NCBI RefSeq assembly: GCF_000143415.4
Contig: NW_003314309.1
Coordinates: 194,992-258,991, forward strand
Source: Selaginella moellendorffii
Taxonomy: Eukaryota > Plantae > Lycopodiophyta
Direction: 5' to 3'
DNA length: 64,000 nt
The position numbers were made by a program, and so were the translations under genes. The notes under the pieces are model-generated. The model did no database searches and was not told the DNA's origin. It was given only the letters and a program-made list of their open reading frames with translations. Below, piece by piece: positions 1-13,300 of the stretch (positions are counted from its first letter, which is position 1; each line of letters starts with the position of its first letter).

Positions 1-380
1 CATTATCCATCAGTGAAATACAAAGTGGATGACTTGGTAATAACTCATTTTCCTTATGTTACAATATATGGTTTGTCTAAGGGGCTCCTTATTCAGTGGA
101 ACAAACCATATTAAATATTGTGGTAAGTTAAACTACACATTTATAAGGTTTGGTAAAATATTCAACAAACCAATCCTTTAGAAATTATATATATGCAATA
201 ACTTAAACGCTTTGTATAAAGGGATCAGGCACCATCTACAGATCCACCAATGCCTCCTCTTGATGTTCCTCTAAATCCTAGCCTGTCAACCTGAAAACCT
301 TAACTACCTTTCATCCTTCTAAAAACATAATGTGAGGTCTAAGTGTATAATTATGATGTTGTATATAAATATTAGTATAG
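1..380 (+). mobile_element. Heavily decayed Ty3/gypsy fragment (integrase C-terminus plus start of 3' LTR), same family as 554-5409
   Basis: Aligns by eye to the reverse complement of ~52270-52670 (YKVDDLVLIRFPHLTVRGLSKGLLAQW region) and to 26500-26880. Many C>T/G>A changes. LTR-like tgtgaggtctaagtgtat begins at 331. Confidence 0.75.
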
Positions 381-553
381 TGGTATTTTGATAGTCATAA
401 GATTGACTACAGATTTTTGATAATTCATACAAAGCTAAACCTTAATTAAATTGTATAAAAAACTTCACATTGATGTTAATCATATTAGTCAAACAACAGT
501 ACTTAAGTAATCTAATTTAACAAAATTTAATTAATTTATACACTATCATTAGT

Positions 554-729
554 TGTGAGTGCTTGGAATATGGAAAGGGAATACAGAAAATGTGCATCTC
601 AATTAGCCCAAATACCCTAGCTTATATACAAGAGCGAGTGGTCCAGATTGAAACCAATCCGACGGCTACTAAAATTCTACTACGCTAATATTAGTATACA
701 GCATCGTAGCCATACACTTGGCCCTCACA
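554..729 (-). repeat. 3' LTR of family-1 gypsy element (176 bp)
   Basis: Direct repeat of 5255-5409 and near-identical to 52150-52325; adjacent to the PPT. Confidence 0.93.
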
Positions 730-3700
730 TCATCCCCTCCTCTCGGAATAATGGAAGACCATCAGGGTTCTCTTGTAGACGGGCCGGGATTGGGAGGAAC
801 GTTAGAAGGAGGCATACTTGCCGCAACACTCGATATAGTCCTTTCCACTGCGCAAGGAGCCCCTTAGATAAACCACATACCGTAAGATGGGGAAAACAGA
901 CTAACACCAAATCATCCACTTTGTACTCTGCAAGTGGACGATGATGGGAGTTATAGTGCCATTGTTGTCCCATTTGTACGTGGCCTAAGTGTGTGGCAAA
1001 TTTAGCTCGGACAAGTGGAAGAATGCTCGTTAAATATTGATCCCACGACCAAGCATCGGCAGCTCATGGCAAGGTAAACCCAACTCCATTGGTAATATTG
1101 GATCATAACCATATAAAAGTTTATATGGTGAAGCACCAATAGAACTCTGCACCCCCGTGACATATGCATACCGAAGAGACGGCAAATAACTATCCCAATC
1201 CGAATGCTGAAAGTTCATATACTTCGTAATCATCCTTTTGAATGTCTGAATGAGCCGTTCCACCAGACTGTCTAATTGTGGATGATAAGCACTTGTGAAA
1301 GTGTGGCGTATCCCCAACCGAGACGTCAAAACATGAAATGCCTTAGCCACAAATGCGGGACCATTATCCGAAAGAATTTGCTTTGGACAAGAATGCTGGA
1401 ACACCACTCGATTGAGGAGGAAGTATCCAACAGTAGTTGCAAAGGTGCTAGCAAGAGCACCAACTTCCACCCAACGAGTCAAGTAGTCAGAAACAATAAT
1501 AACATACTCATTGCTAACAATCGATTGTGGAAAGGTCTTATAAGATCAAATGCTACTAACTCAAATGGACGGGAAATTACAATTGACTCCAACCGTCCTT
1601 TGGCAACACGAGGAGGAGTATTACGAGCTTGGCACCAAATGCAACTATGCACATATCGAATAATATCATGTCGCATCTCCGGCCAATAGAAAGACCTGTG
1701 CAGCTTCTTGGTTACACGACGATGTCCCATATGCCCACCTAGAATAGGAGAATCATGGTAGGCATGGAAAAACTGCGAAATAAAGACAGAAGACACCACC
1801 AGCCATAAATGATTATCAAGATCCGTCCCCACAAAATAAAGAAGGCCGTCTCTTCAAGGCAATATTGAGAATGTAAATGCCAAAAAGGCAAATCATTAGC
1901 AAGTGATGCAGGATTCTCAAACCCATCTCGAATCTTTCGAATCCATGGCTCAATCTTTTGAGCATTGCAAACCTCATCAAGAGAAAGTAAATTTTGCTTT
2001 GCACCTTGTAGACATTGAACGTCAAGTATAACAACTGCCGATGGCAATGAATCCTCGTCTAAAAAATCCACAGATGTAGGAACAACAGGTTCGTCAAAAA
2101 TATGAGAAGAGAGTGGAAAAGGAAGAGGAGTTCGAGAAAGGATATCAGCATTAGCCATAGAACTCCCTGGGTGATGAATAACATCAAAATCAGTTATTTG
2201 AAGCTTCAAAGCCCATCGAGCAATACGACCAACCAGGTTCTTCCACTTCAATAATGAAGTAATAGCAGCATGGTCACCTTCAAGTAACGTCCGAGAACTA
2301 TGTAGATATGCATGAAGTTTCTTGAAACCCCAGACTATTGCTAAATACTCCTTCTTTGTTGTGGAGTAGTTTATCTCCGCTGGTTGTAATGTACGGCTTA
2401 TATATGCAATGGGATGGTGCTGACTAGGCACATTCGAGCTCTCTTGCATCAATACACCTCCAAGACCAATGTCAAAAGCATCCACACGCAAAATAAAAGG
2501 TTGAGTGTAGTCAGGATATGCCAAAATCGGAAGAGTTGTTAATAGCTCTTTGAGATCCACGAACACCCACTCACAATTCGGAGACCAGATGAAAGATGAC
2601 GCTGATGACTTCAGCAACACTCGCAACAGTGCAATACAATCAGAAAGATGATCCACAAAACAACCAAGATACTGCACCTTGCCCAAGAAGCACTGCACAT
2701 CATTCATACACTTCGGAGTAAGGAACTTTAGAATAGCCACAAGTTTGTCAGGATCAACTTGCAAACCCTTACGAAAAACACGGTACCCAAGATAAATTGT
2801 GTTTTTGGACCCAAACACGCACTTCGACCGCTTCAGCTTTAAACCAACATCGCGTAGCCGATCCAACACTTTACAAACATCATGAATGTGCTCCTCCCAC
2901 GTCCCCTCCAAATGGATCAAGACATCATCAATGAAGTCAGTAGTCACCTCTGGCATATCGCAAAGAACCTTGTCCGTTATCCGCTGAAAAGTTACTGAAG
3001 CATTGTTCAAACCAAATAGCATCACTAAGAACTTGTACAAACCAAATAGTATACAAAAAGTAGTCTTAGGAATATCTTCTTCGGCCATCGGTACTTGCCA
3101 GTACCCAGAAGTAAGATCTAGCTTGTTGAATCAACGACTTTGCCCCAAGCAATCCAAGAGATCAGTAGTGTGATGAAGAGGGTACACATCTAGGATCATC
3201 ACTTTGTTTAACAAACGATACTCGATGTAGAAACGAATACTCCCATCAGACTTCGTCACAAAATGAGGTTCATATGCCCAAGGACTCCACGACTTCCGAA
3301 TAACACCCTTTTCCAACATCTTTTTGACGTTTGCACGTAAAATCTTGATCTCCTTGGGTGACTGACAACAAACAAAAACCTTGATTCAATGAGCATCCTC
3401 GGTTGGAATCGAATGACATGTGGCAATCTTAGCCTTAGATGATAGGTCAAATTCAAAGAGATCAGAATACTCCTTTATGAGCTGGTCAACTGCTGCAACA
3501 CAAAGATTGTTGAAGGGATTGGAAAAGGGAAGAGCAGAATAAGACAGAAACATAAGAGGAAATAGTGGGGGAACAAAAGTAATGGAAGTAGAGGTAAAAG
3601 TAGAGAGACAAAGAAGTATGGAAGTGAGAGGAATGGATGAAACATAAAGAAGTATGAGACAAGGGGGAGAAGCTTCAAAGTCACACTTAGCATGATTGCG

Positions 3701-5254
3701 CTGTAACCAATCCATACTAAGAATGAGGTCAAAAGCTTGACTTGGCACCACCCGCAATGACTGCAACTCAAGCTCAAGATCGCCCACATACACAACCAGG
3801 TCTGCCTCATCCCGTGCACATACATATGTACGACTGTTGCCATAAAGAATGAAAACTGGTTCCACCGCACGATGCAAGTGTAGATGGCAACGTGTGGCAA
3901 CAGGTCGAACAATAGAAGATAAACTTGAACCTGTATCAACCAACACAGAGAGAATAATAGGAGACCTCTTGTTATAAAAATGAGCTTGGAAAGCAAACAC
4001 TGGATGAACCGATACCAAGTGAACCCCTTGATGATACTCTCGAAAGAAAGATGGAGGGGTCAATAACTTATTTGTGCAAGGTCCTCTATTACTTGTGCGA
4101 CTCCTCATTTCCCAAATGCATCTTGGTGTCCAAACCTTCCACTGTAGTAGCACCAACGGGATGTTGCTGACGCCAAAGTCTCCACCTAGGAAATGGAGGT
4201 CGCTAATCCGGAAAATGCTGACAACGCCGATAAGTATGACCAACTTCATCACACGCCCAGCAGCGAACATCACGGCCACAACTACGTCCTCGCCCTTGTC
4301 CTTGGACTCGAGTAGCAGTAGCATCAACCTCCATTGGAATATAACCATCACCCATAGGAAGTGGAGCTGAAGGATGTGTAACGAGAAGTGGAAGAGGCGA
4401 CATCTCATAACATTGTGCCAAGTGGAGAGCATCATCAAGGGTGGCAGGAGCAAGTGCATGCACAATTCTGACAAGATCTTAACGAAGTGCTGGCCATAAC
4501 ATTCCTAGTTTGATCCGCTCCGACATATTTGGCTCCACACGAAGCAAAAGACTTCGGAAATGAATGCCAAATTGCATCACTGACTCAGATGGCCTTTGGC
4601 GAAGATGATGCAATTGTTGGAAGGCATCATCACAATCGTCGGCATGTCCAAAGGCGCATTTGAAGATGTCAAGGAGAACACTCCAATCCCCACAAGTGGC
4701 TTTGCTCAAACCATTGTACCACTATAATGCTATCCCTTGAAAACACATGGGAAACTCACGCAAATGTTGAGCATCATCCCAAGAATGATATGTGGCAATC
4801 ACCGTGAAGTGATTGAACCAAAGGTACATATCATCCCCAGGATTTCTGTGAAAGAACTCCGGCCGAACGTGAGGATTGGCACCAAGAGCAGGAGGAGTTG
4901 TACCATGTGTTGTGAACGCCACCATCAACTGAGTTTCGTTGTTTAATTGCAAATGCATAGCATCAAGCAATTGTACCAACTGCTGCTCCAGAGTCAAAAG
5001 AGGAGATTGTTGATTTGCCATGAAGATGAACGAAAAAGAAATAGCAAAAGAAGAGAAATGATAAAAAGCTAGAATGAAATGGTAGATCTAGACAATGCAA
5101 AAAGCTAAATCTAAACTAAAATCATGAAAGGAAAGAATAAAAGAAAGGAAATGGAAAAAGCTAGATCTAGACGATGCAAAAGCTAAATCTAAACCAAAAT
5201 CCTAAATCCAAACACTTCTTAGGGACAATCAAAGTTGCCCCTCATCTCCACCAA

Positions 5255-5409
5255 TGTGAGTGCTTGGAATATGAAAAGGGAATACAAAAATTGTGCATAT
5301 CAATTAGCCTAAAAACCATGGTTCGGATTGAAACCAATCCAATGGTTACCAAAATCCCATTACACTAATATTAGTATATGGCATCATAGCCATACACTTG
5401 GCCCTCACA
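5255..5409 (-). repeat. 5' LTR of family-1 gypsy element (155 bp, ~21-bp internal deletion)
   Basis: Same termini tgtgagtgc...ggccctcaca; adjacent to the PBS. Confidence 0.93.
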
Positions 5410-5804
5410 TAGTGTAACTAAAAGAACAAACACAAAGAATACTTGTCTAAAAAAAAAACCTATTCTTTACTTTTGTCTTTAAGTAATAGCTTCTAAAGTG
5501 AAACTTTGAGGAGTAGTGACTATGATGTTGTATAGCCTCCTAGATATCAAGAACATTTAAGATCCTATACTATTTTATTGCAGGTGCCATAGCGTAAGAA
5601 AGAATAGGGGGTGAGAGAGCACAAGATAAGGACATGAATCTGTAGAAAGATGCTTGTTGAGAGCTCTCACCACCTTTCTGAATTATTAAAAATAGCAGAT
5701 TAAGATTCTTCTACCTAATCAGACATCCATTACAAACCATGGTCAGCACTCAGACTCAGAGTGTATGGAGTGAATATACTTGATGGGCCGCCCTAATCAC
5801 GTGA

Positions 5805-6762
5805 ATGGCAAGGTCCATGCTTGTGATCAACTCTAGCAGCTCATCGATCAAGTGAGTAAAGATTTTTGTGAAGAAAGAGTTCCTCTAGAGGGTCAATGTA
5901 TTGTAGGTATGCCCTGTATCATCTGGGAAGAGTGGCTTCTTGCATTTTCCAGGGCAGTGTGGAAGGCATTGGAACTTCCAAGAGCTCCATCTCCCACAAG
6001 AGCATCTCCACTGCCCAAGATCTAAAAATCATGGTATTTATGTTCTAGCAATCTTAAAGCCTTTGTACATGGATAGCTGGGTTGCTAATAGTTTTTGGTT
6101 TTCTTCCAGGGAAAATGTATTAGAGACCACGAAGCTGGTCTCAAGAAAGTGATGGATTTGCTCCAGCAGCCACAAAATGTTTGCACTGTTGGGCACCAAG
6201 TCGTTCACGGCAATGAGAAATTTAGCAAACCAACGCATATAACTCAAGAGGTGAAGAAAGCAATTGAGAGGGCTATTCCTCTAGCTCCACTTCACAATCC
6301 AGCAAACTTGGAGGTAACAGATCTTTACTTTCTTTTTCCAAAAAGAAAAATCCATTTATTTGTCCCGTTTTTTCTCCAACCTTTCTCTTAAAATGATCAC
6401 AAAAACTTTCTAGGGAATTCAAATTGCTGAGGAGCTCTTCCACTGCCCCCACATAGCCGTCTTTGACACAGCCTTCCACTCCACCATCCCCCAGCTATCA
6501 TACATGTACAGAATCCCCTAGAAGCTGTACAAAGAGCTGGGTGTACGGTGCTATGGCTTCCACGGGATGAGCTACCAGTTTCTTCTTGGCGAGGCCTCCT
6601 GCGCTCTTGGAAGGCTAGCGCTGGAACTTAATCTCATTGCCTTCCATCTCGGCACTGGAGCAAGAGTGTGTGTGATCAAATATGTGGAATTGATCGATAC
6701 AAGCATGGGAATGACTCCACTCGAAGGTTTAGTGATGGCTACTCGGAGTGGTGGTGTTGATC
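5805..6762 (+). pseudogene. ackA: Acetate kinase pseudogene (3'-truncated duplicate of 47540-48961)
   Basis: Same exon/intron layout as the intact copy. NSGSSS>[14 protein letters not shown]>GHQVVHGN, TGG>TAG at 6519-6521. Homology ends after MATRSGGVD at ~6762. Confidence 0.92.
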
Positions 6763-7300
6763 TTTTAGAGACTTAATTATTAGTGAATAAAGCTTATATT
6801 AAAACACAAAAGTATTCCAAATAAGTTATCATCCAATCAATCAATAGTAGAGTACATGAACCACTAAGATCAGCATATTTGGAAAACATAGGATTCACCA
6901 TCCAACAAAATTCAATAGCCAGTGTATCATCAAGGAAACTTACTGATAAAACTTAACTACTAAAGATTGTAAATAGCATGTCAAACAACTTACAAAAGAT
7001 AACTTAAAGAACACAAAGCATCATTAACTAGCAAGTAAGATGCTCGTGAATGTACCACTTAAAGGAAATAACATCCAATCTATTGAATGTATTACCTAAT
7101 GCCAATCATTGCACTAGCTATTCTGAATAAATCCCAATCAATAATATGAAGGAACTCAAGTTGCTTAAACAAGTGTTAGCAACATCCTATCAATGTCTCA
7201 AACCCGAAAGACCAATCCAAAGCAAACCACAAAAACATGTGGTATTGTGAAAAGCCATAAGCCATTAAAGCAAATAACTAACTATCACAAAAGATCATTA
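6763..7300 (-). mobile_element. Very degenerate retroelement remnant, possibly the LINE ORF2 C-terminal part continuing 10752-13300
   Basis: Same A/C-rich plus-strand bias as 10752-13300; only weak LINE-like peptide hints (DIDRMLL). No open ORF. Confidence 0.3.
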
Positions 7301-7310
7301 ATCATCCTAT

Positions 7311-10300
7311 GCCATCCGCTTCTATCCTTCACTAGAGCTAAGAAAAAGGCTCTGATACTAAATTGTAAGCCATAAATTTTTCCTTTCCAATTTGCCAGCT
7401 TACCTTGTCTATCCAACCAACACTGCCTTGGCTTTTGCCAAATTCCCTCACCAAGGTTCCTGCCTATGGTACCAACTCCTACTTGGTCCTACTTGGTTTC
7501 AGTTACTCACTACATGAGTAATAGAGCGTTAACCATCAATTCATGGATTCCCAAATCTCTCCCACTCCCCCTCCCCGGGTTAGACTGGACTTAAGGTTCG
7601 ACTACACTCCCCGTAGGCACAAGTAGCCAAGCACACCAAGCCTCCAAGTTCCTAACATCCCTTGGTACCACAATACTTGATCATGGGACCCTCTAAATCC
7701 CAAGTCTTGAGTGCAACACATGCTTCAAGACGCCGGGGCGAAACACAATGGCCTAACGGCCTAGTATGGGTACCTCTACCCCCCCCCACTTCCATCCCAC
7801 TTGCATCTTCCCCATCTCTCGAGGAAGTCGGAGATGGTAAACCACTTTACCGATTCGTGCCTTAATCTCGTAAGGCCCTGCGAACCTGTTTAAGGAACTC
7901 AAGATCAATTCAATTCTAGGAATACATGCATTTTTACCTTTGGGTCAACTTCCAGTTGATCCCACTTGGCAGCCTGAGGTTCTTGGTGTTCAGCCACACC
8001 TTCTTCCCAACTTGGAACTCTACATTCCAACGCTTCTGGTTCGCATATTTGGTTTGCCTTTGTTGAGCCCGTTCCAAGGAATCCCTCACTAGATTCCAAA
8101 TGTTGAATCTTTCCGCCATGAATGCCTCCACTGCAGGTAACTCTCCATGGTACTCAACCATGCCAAGCTCCATAGGACCTTCAATAGCTCGCCCATTGAT
8201 GACTTCCCATAGACTCACCCCAATACTCGAATGTGGTGAGTTGTTATAACATATTTCCGCAAGTCCCAAATGACTTACCCAATCGGTCTGGTCTCCTGAG
8301 ACATAGCATTGCAAATAATCCTCCAGTTGCCTATTCACCCTTTCTGTTTGTCCGTCTGTCAAGAAGTGTTAGTGCCATCAAACTTGACTTAATACCCAAT
8401 ACCTATCTATGGGTGATAAGCTGTGTTGAATTTCAACTTGGTGCGATATTGTTCTAGAAGAGTTCTCCAGAACCTACTAGTGAAGATCTTATCTCAATCT
8501 GAGATGATCTCTTCCGGCCTTCCCTGCACTCAAACCACTTGTTCGAAGAACAACTTCGCTACACCTTCCGCATCCACTTCCGTTGTGGTGGGTATGAAAT
8601 GTGCCATCTTCGAAAATCGGTTAGTGCTTGAGCTCCTCGAGTTCTTTTTGGTTTGGCCCCTTTGCTAAATGTGGACCCCAACCTTGTTGTGTTCCCCTTT
8701 CGTAGGTTATCGTTGAAATGCACCTTGATGGCTGCATCCAATGCTTCCTTGTAGTTGGTCGTGTTCCAATGCATTACCTCATCGCGAGCCTAGGTTTGCA
8801 AGCTTGATATGAAGGCATGGAACGCATCCATATCCCCCATGTCCGTGACAAGTATCCTCTTTGCCATAAACCCATTCACATACTTCTAAATGATTCCAAT
8901 CTACTTTAGCCTACTAAGCTCGTCTTTTAGATGTAGAGTAGCATTTGGAGGAACGTAAATCACGCGGATCCTTGCTTTCATCATTTCCCAAGTGGCCACC
9001 GGTCCTTCGTTGGCCTTTATCGTTCCCCACCAAGACTTGGCATTATCTGCTAAGTATGGTTTTGCACATGAGACCTTCTCCAAGCTTGGTAACTGCAACG
9101 CTTGAAAATAGTCCTCCATATTGTAAAACCACTCCTTCACCACCTTATAGTCATTCACTCCCTTGAAGATCAGTGGGGGCTTTGGTTTGTACTTGGGACT
9201 GATTCCACTTTGGTCTGTTCGACCTTGTTTGGTTTTGCCTCAGTCCCTGCCGAAGGGTTCACACCTTCTGCACTGCCAGCATCCGCAGTCTTTTGCCTTT
9301 TCTTCCGCTTCTTATCACGCTTTAGCTTGCGTCCGAGAGTCTTCAGTAGGGCATTGGTCTGTGCCAATTGTCCTTCTAGAATGTCCAATTGAGCCTTGGA
9401 CGACCGAACCTTACTACCGGACTCTTGTTTGGAAGTTTCCTCATTGGAGTCCTCCTCATGCAAGGATTCCTCATCCATAGCCTTTTGTTCGACCGAAGGC
9501 TCCAGCTCTGAAGGAGGTTCCATCTCTGCCTTGGTTTGTTTCCGCCCTGCCTTTGCCATCTCCCAGCAATCCGCCTCTATCCTTCGCTAGAACTGAGGAA
9601 AAGGCTCCAATACCAAATTATAAGCCACAAATTTTTCCTTTCCAATTTGTCAGCTTACCTCGTCTATCCAACCAACACTGCCTTGGCTTTTGCTAAGTTC
9701 CCTTGCCAAGGTTCCCGCCTATGGTACCAACTCCTACTTGGTCCTACTTGGTTTCAACTACTCACTACACGAGCAATAGAGCATTAGCCATCCATTCATG
9801 GATTCCCAAATCTCTCCTAATCCCCCTCCCCGGGTTAGATTGGACTTAAGGTTCGGCTACACTCCCCGCAAGCACAAGTAGCCAAGCACACTAAGCCTCC
9901 AGGTTCTTAACATCCCTTGGTACTACAATACTTGATCATGGGACCCTCTAAATCCCAAGTCTTGAGTGCAACACATGTTTCGGGACGCTAGGGCGAAACA
10001 CCATGGCCTAACGGCCTAGTATGGGTACCTCTACCCCCCCCCCCCCCCCCCACTTCCATCCCAAAGGGAAGGCCCAAGCCCTTGGGAAGGGCGAGGACCA
10101 ATGAGCCGCAAGGTACTCAAATAGGGCACCACTCCATATGAGCCGAGAGCACCACAGTCGGTTTCCCTTTCGGGAGTGGGAGCTGCTATTGAGCACTTCC
10201 TTGGGTGGCCCCTCTGGCACCACCCGAGTCCATGCTCACTCCCACCCAAGGCCCCTCGGCCCCAGTCTCAACCTCAAGTCAGTTTGGAAGCACCACTGAA

Positions 10301-10751
10301 GAGTTCCTTCAAGACTGGTTCTTGGACCTCACTATCCCTATTATACTTTTGGAACCCCTGCAGCCCCCCCCCCCCGGGAGACGCACGCTTTGGGCTTTCA
10401 CCCCTTGACCTGTATTAGTACTTGGACTCGGTCTCGGACTTGATCTTGGACTTGATCTCGGACCCGACTTTGGACTTGGTCTTGGACTCGATCTTGGATC
10501 CAATCTCGGACTCGACTTCGGACTCGACCTCGGACTCGGTCTCAGAACCGATCTCGGATCTTGGACTTTATCTCGAACTCGGTCTCCGAGTCGGCCTCGG
10601 ACTCGAGCCCGGACTCTATCTCGAACTTGGTTTTAAAGTCGGTCTTAGACTCGATCTCAGACTCGGTCCCATCCGATGAACTCTTTGTCATTTCGGTCAT
10701 GCTTTTGGGGATCCTTTAGCCTACGACACCTCGGGGAGTTGGTTCCTTACA
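7311..10751 (-). mobile_element. Internally deleted Ty3/gypsy element (family A)
   Basis: 5' LTR at 9619-10751, Met-type PBS at ~9603-9615, gag fragments at 8559-9559 (EWFYNMEDYF, AKSWW), integrase C-half at 7800-8630 (TDGQTERVNRQLEDYL). PR/RT/RH are deleted. Partial LTR at 7364-7799 is preceded by a second PBS and leader. Confidence 0.85.
10422..10670. repeat. Degenerate 6-bp-period minisatellite (GACTCG/GTCTCG/GACTTG) inside LTR A
   Basis: Read directly from the sequence; produces spurious D/S- and L/G-rich ORFs. Confidence 0.9.
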
Positions 10752-13300
10752 GTAAGTCACTTTATAATAAGCATAAAAATCATCATCAATGATCAATATA
10801 TAGGATTCAACATCTTCAATATTGATCATTAACTCTTCCTCTTGTAAAGTTAGTATAGTCCACGACTGAATCACTTTTCAAGGAAAAGCTAAAGCTGTTG
10901 ACCCCTACTAAACAATCTCGTCTAGAACACAACTAACTCAACTTGCAACTCAGTTTATTTGAACGTCAACATAATTGTTAACTAGTAAATACATGAATGC
11001 CAATAACATAAAGCTATAGCCCAAACATCAACACTATTTATATCAAGACTAATGAAATTCAATATCAATCTTATGGAGAGATATTTCATTTCAGTCAAAT
11101 CTCAACAACAAGGCATCACTTCAATGCCATCAACACCATAATAAAGCTAAAAGAAAGCAAGAGCGAATCACCACTCAAAGCTCTTTAGCAACCAAGCTAA
11201 ACAAAGTCAAAAATACCTTAGTTAGTATCTGAGACCAATCCTTCAACACTACTTAGTTACAAATAACACACTATCAAAGAGTGATTCACCACATCCAAGA
11301 CTCCATGAAATCCAACACCATGGACTAAACGCAAACAAATGATATCGACAAAGGTAGACTTGATATACCAACATGGAAAAACTATATAAGTTTAACGACA
11401 TGATCTTTTACAACACCATCTAGTAAAGCAAGCTTATCACTGCTAAATCATCATCGAGCAAAGCAAGTGTTAAATAATCCTTAACAAAGTCTACAAGCAA
11501 TCATTAATTTCCAAACAACTAACAATCACTCTTCAATTTGCCTTCACAAGACTTGAACACTAAACTCATGCCATCAAATCATATACTTGTCTAACATAAA
11601 CATAATACCTCAAGTACGAGATAAAGGTTTATGGACAGGCATAAATTAAATGACTACTTGAATCCAATTCAACCGCAATAAGCTCATCAATATGTTTAGA
11701 TAATAGCTCTGAGCATGCCTAAAGAGGCTAGCTATGCATGATCAACATTTAGTCGTAACTAAAGTGAAAATCATAAGATGGACTCATATCAGTACACAAC
11801 CTCCTCATATACAAAGTTATAGTATGGGTACCAACATTTTAACCTCAGACAACTAAGTTGGACATCACCATCCTTAGCCAAGGCACAGGGCCACCAAAAC
11901 TAAGTTAAGATCAATGAGAGCTCACTACTCTCATATAGTTTAACAAAATGCAAAGTGAGCCTACCACCAAGCACAATGCTACAGAAAAAAGGCACAAGAG
12001 TCACATTTCTAGAAAATTGTAATGACTACTTTTCTACATCAACTCCAGACTCTATCCAACTCAATTGCTTTAGCCTCAAAAGTTAGCATCCCTTTCGGGC
12101 CGTATTATACAAACTACTTACTAGGGTTTAAGCTAACCAAAATCAACTTCAACCCCTTCACTAGTTTGGATTGGCTTACAAAATAAATTAATTTTTGAGC
12201 AAAGTGATCAATAGATCAACCATTGAAAAATCCTAAAAAAATTTGTAGAAAATTTTCCATCCTAGAGAAAGAATGATTCTCAGTCTAGGAATGCAAACTT
12301 TCAAGACTCAACCAACTTCCTCCTACTAACAACTTCACATATGTTCACCTCAACACTAATTGTCATGACTCAACAATATATTTAAGCATCGAACATCATG
12401 CCCATATTTCGACATCCAACACAGACATCTGCAAAAATGCATAATGAACATTTAAGGCTTGATCATGAAGACTATATCTTCAGATATCCATATTACACTA
12501 ACACTATTCTTCAATTACCTTCAACATTTAATATGAAGCCAAAACACTAACAAGAAAAATGACATGGAAAATCAAATTCTAAAGAAAATTCCTCATCACT
12601 TGAAACAACAATGCTACTTCCTTAACACGAGTGCTAACAATGTCAATGCTTCAACTACACACCTTCTCCATCCAACAATCTACTCCAAGTGCTAACAGAT
12701 CAACTAACAAGCTATAACAAGTGAATGTTATAACCCTTTCTAACACCTTATGGGCAAACCCTTAAGTAAATAATGTATTGACTTAAGCTTAGCATAATGG
12801 ATCATCATCCAGAATCTAGTCAAAGCTAGTATATGTAAGTAGACTAGTTTTTCCATCAACCACTTTGGGGTTTATCATCATTTACAACTTCATAAACACA
12901 TTGCACACTATCACATGGGTATGATATAAATTCACAATGACTTAATCATTAATTGAGCAACACCACAAGCAATACCCATGTCACTACTACAAAGTTTATG
13001 TGAGTATCAAGTATTAACTCAATTCGACAAAATGCAACATAAATGCCACACCCCATCGATAGAGATTTACAACACCCAATACCACTAACTTTTGTTCACA
13101 ACATGGACAAACTCATACCACTTTTTTTTTTACTAAACTCAAAACTAATTTAACACCAAGCTACTTAAGGAGCAATAGCAAGGTTCTCCAGAAAAGATTT
13201 GAGCATTATAACCCAAGTCTTCTAATAGTAAGTCAAGTTAAAGTGGTTTAACATTTCACGATTATCCATCTTTAACCAAACCTCAAGCTTGCGTTCGCAC
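10752..13300 (-). mobile_element. Highly degenerate LINE-like (non-LTR) element remnant
   Basis: Minus-strand relics such as SGDSLLLSFSFIMVLMAL (cf. QGDPLSPxLFxLxMEAL) at ~11120-11175 and LDFMESWMW*I (cf. LGFxxxWxxWI). Strong strand compositional skew. Confidence 0.4.

Larger units (their letters stand above)
554..5409 (-). mobile_element. Full-length but frameshifted Ty3/gypsy LTR retrotransposon (family 1)
   Basis: TG..CA LTRs at 554-729 and 5255-5409. PPT gagaggaggggatga at 730-744 (minus). PBS TGGTGGAGATGAGGGG at ~5238-5253 (minus). 4-bp TSD TAGT at 550-553 and 5410-5413. Domain order: gag with CX2CX4HX4C knuckle (CWACDEVGHTYRRC), protease (VDTGS), RT (FIDDVL), RNase H, integrase. Confidence 0.95.
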
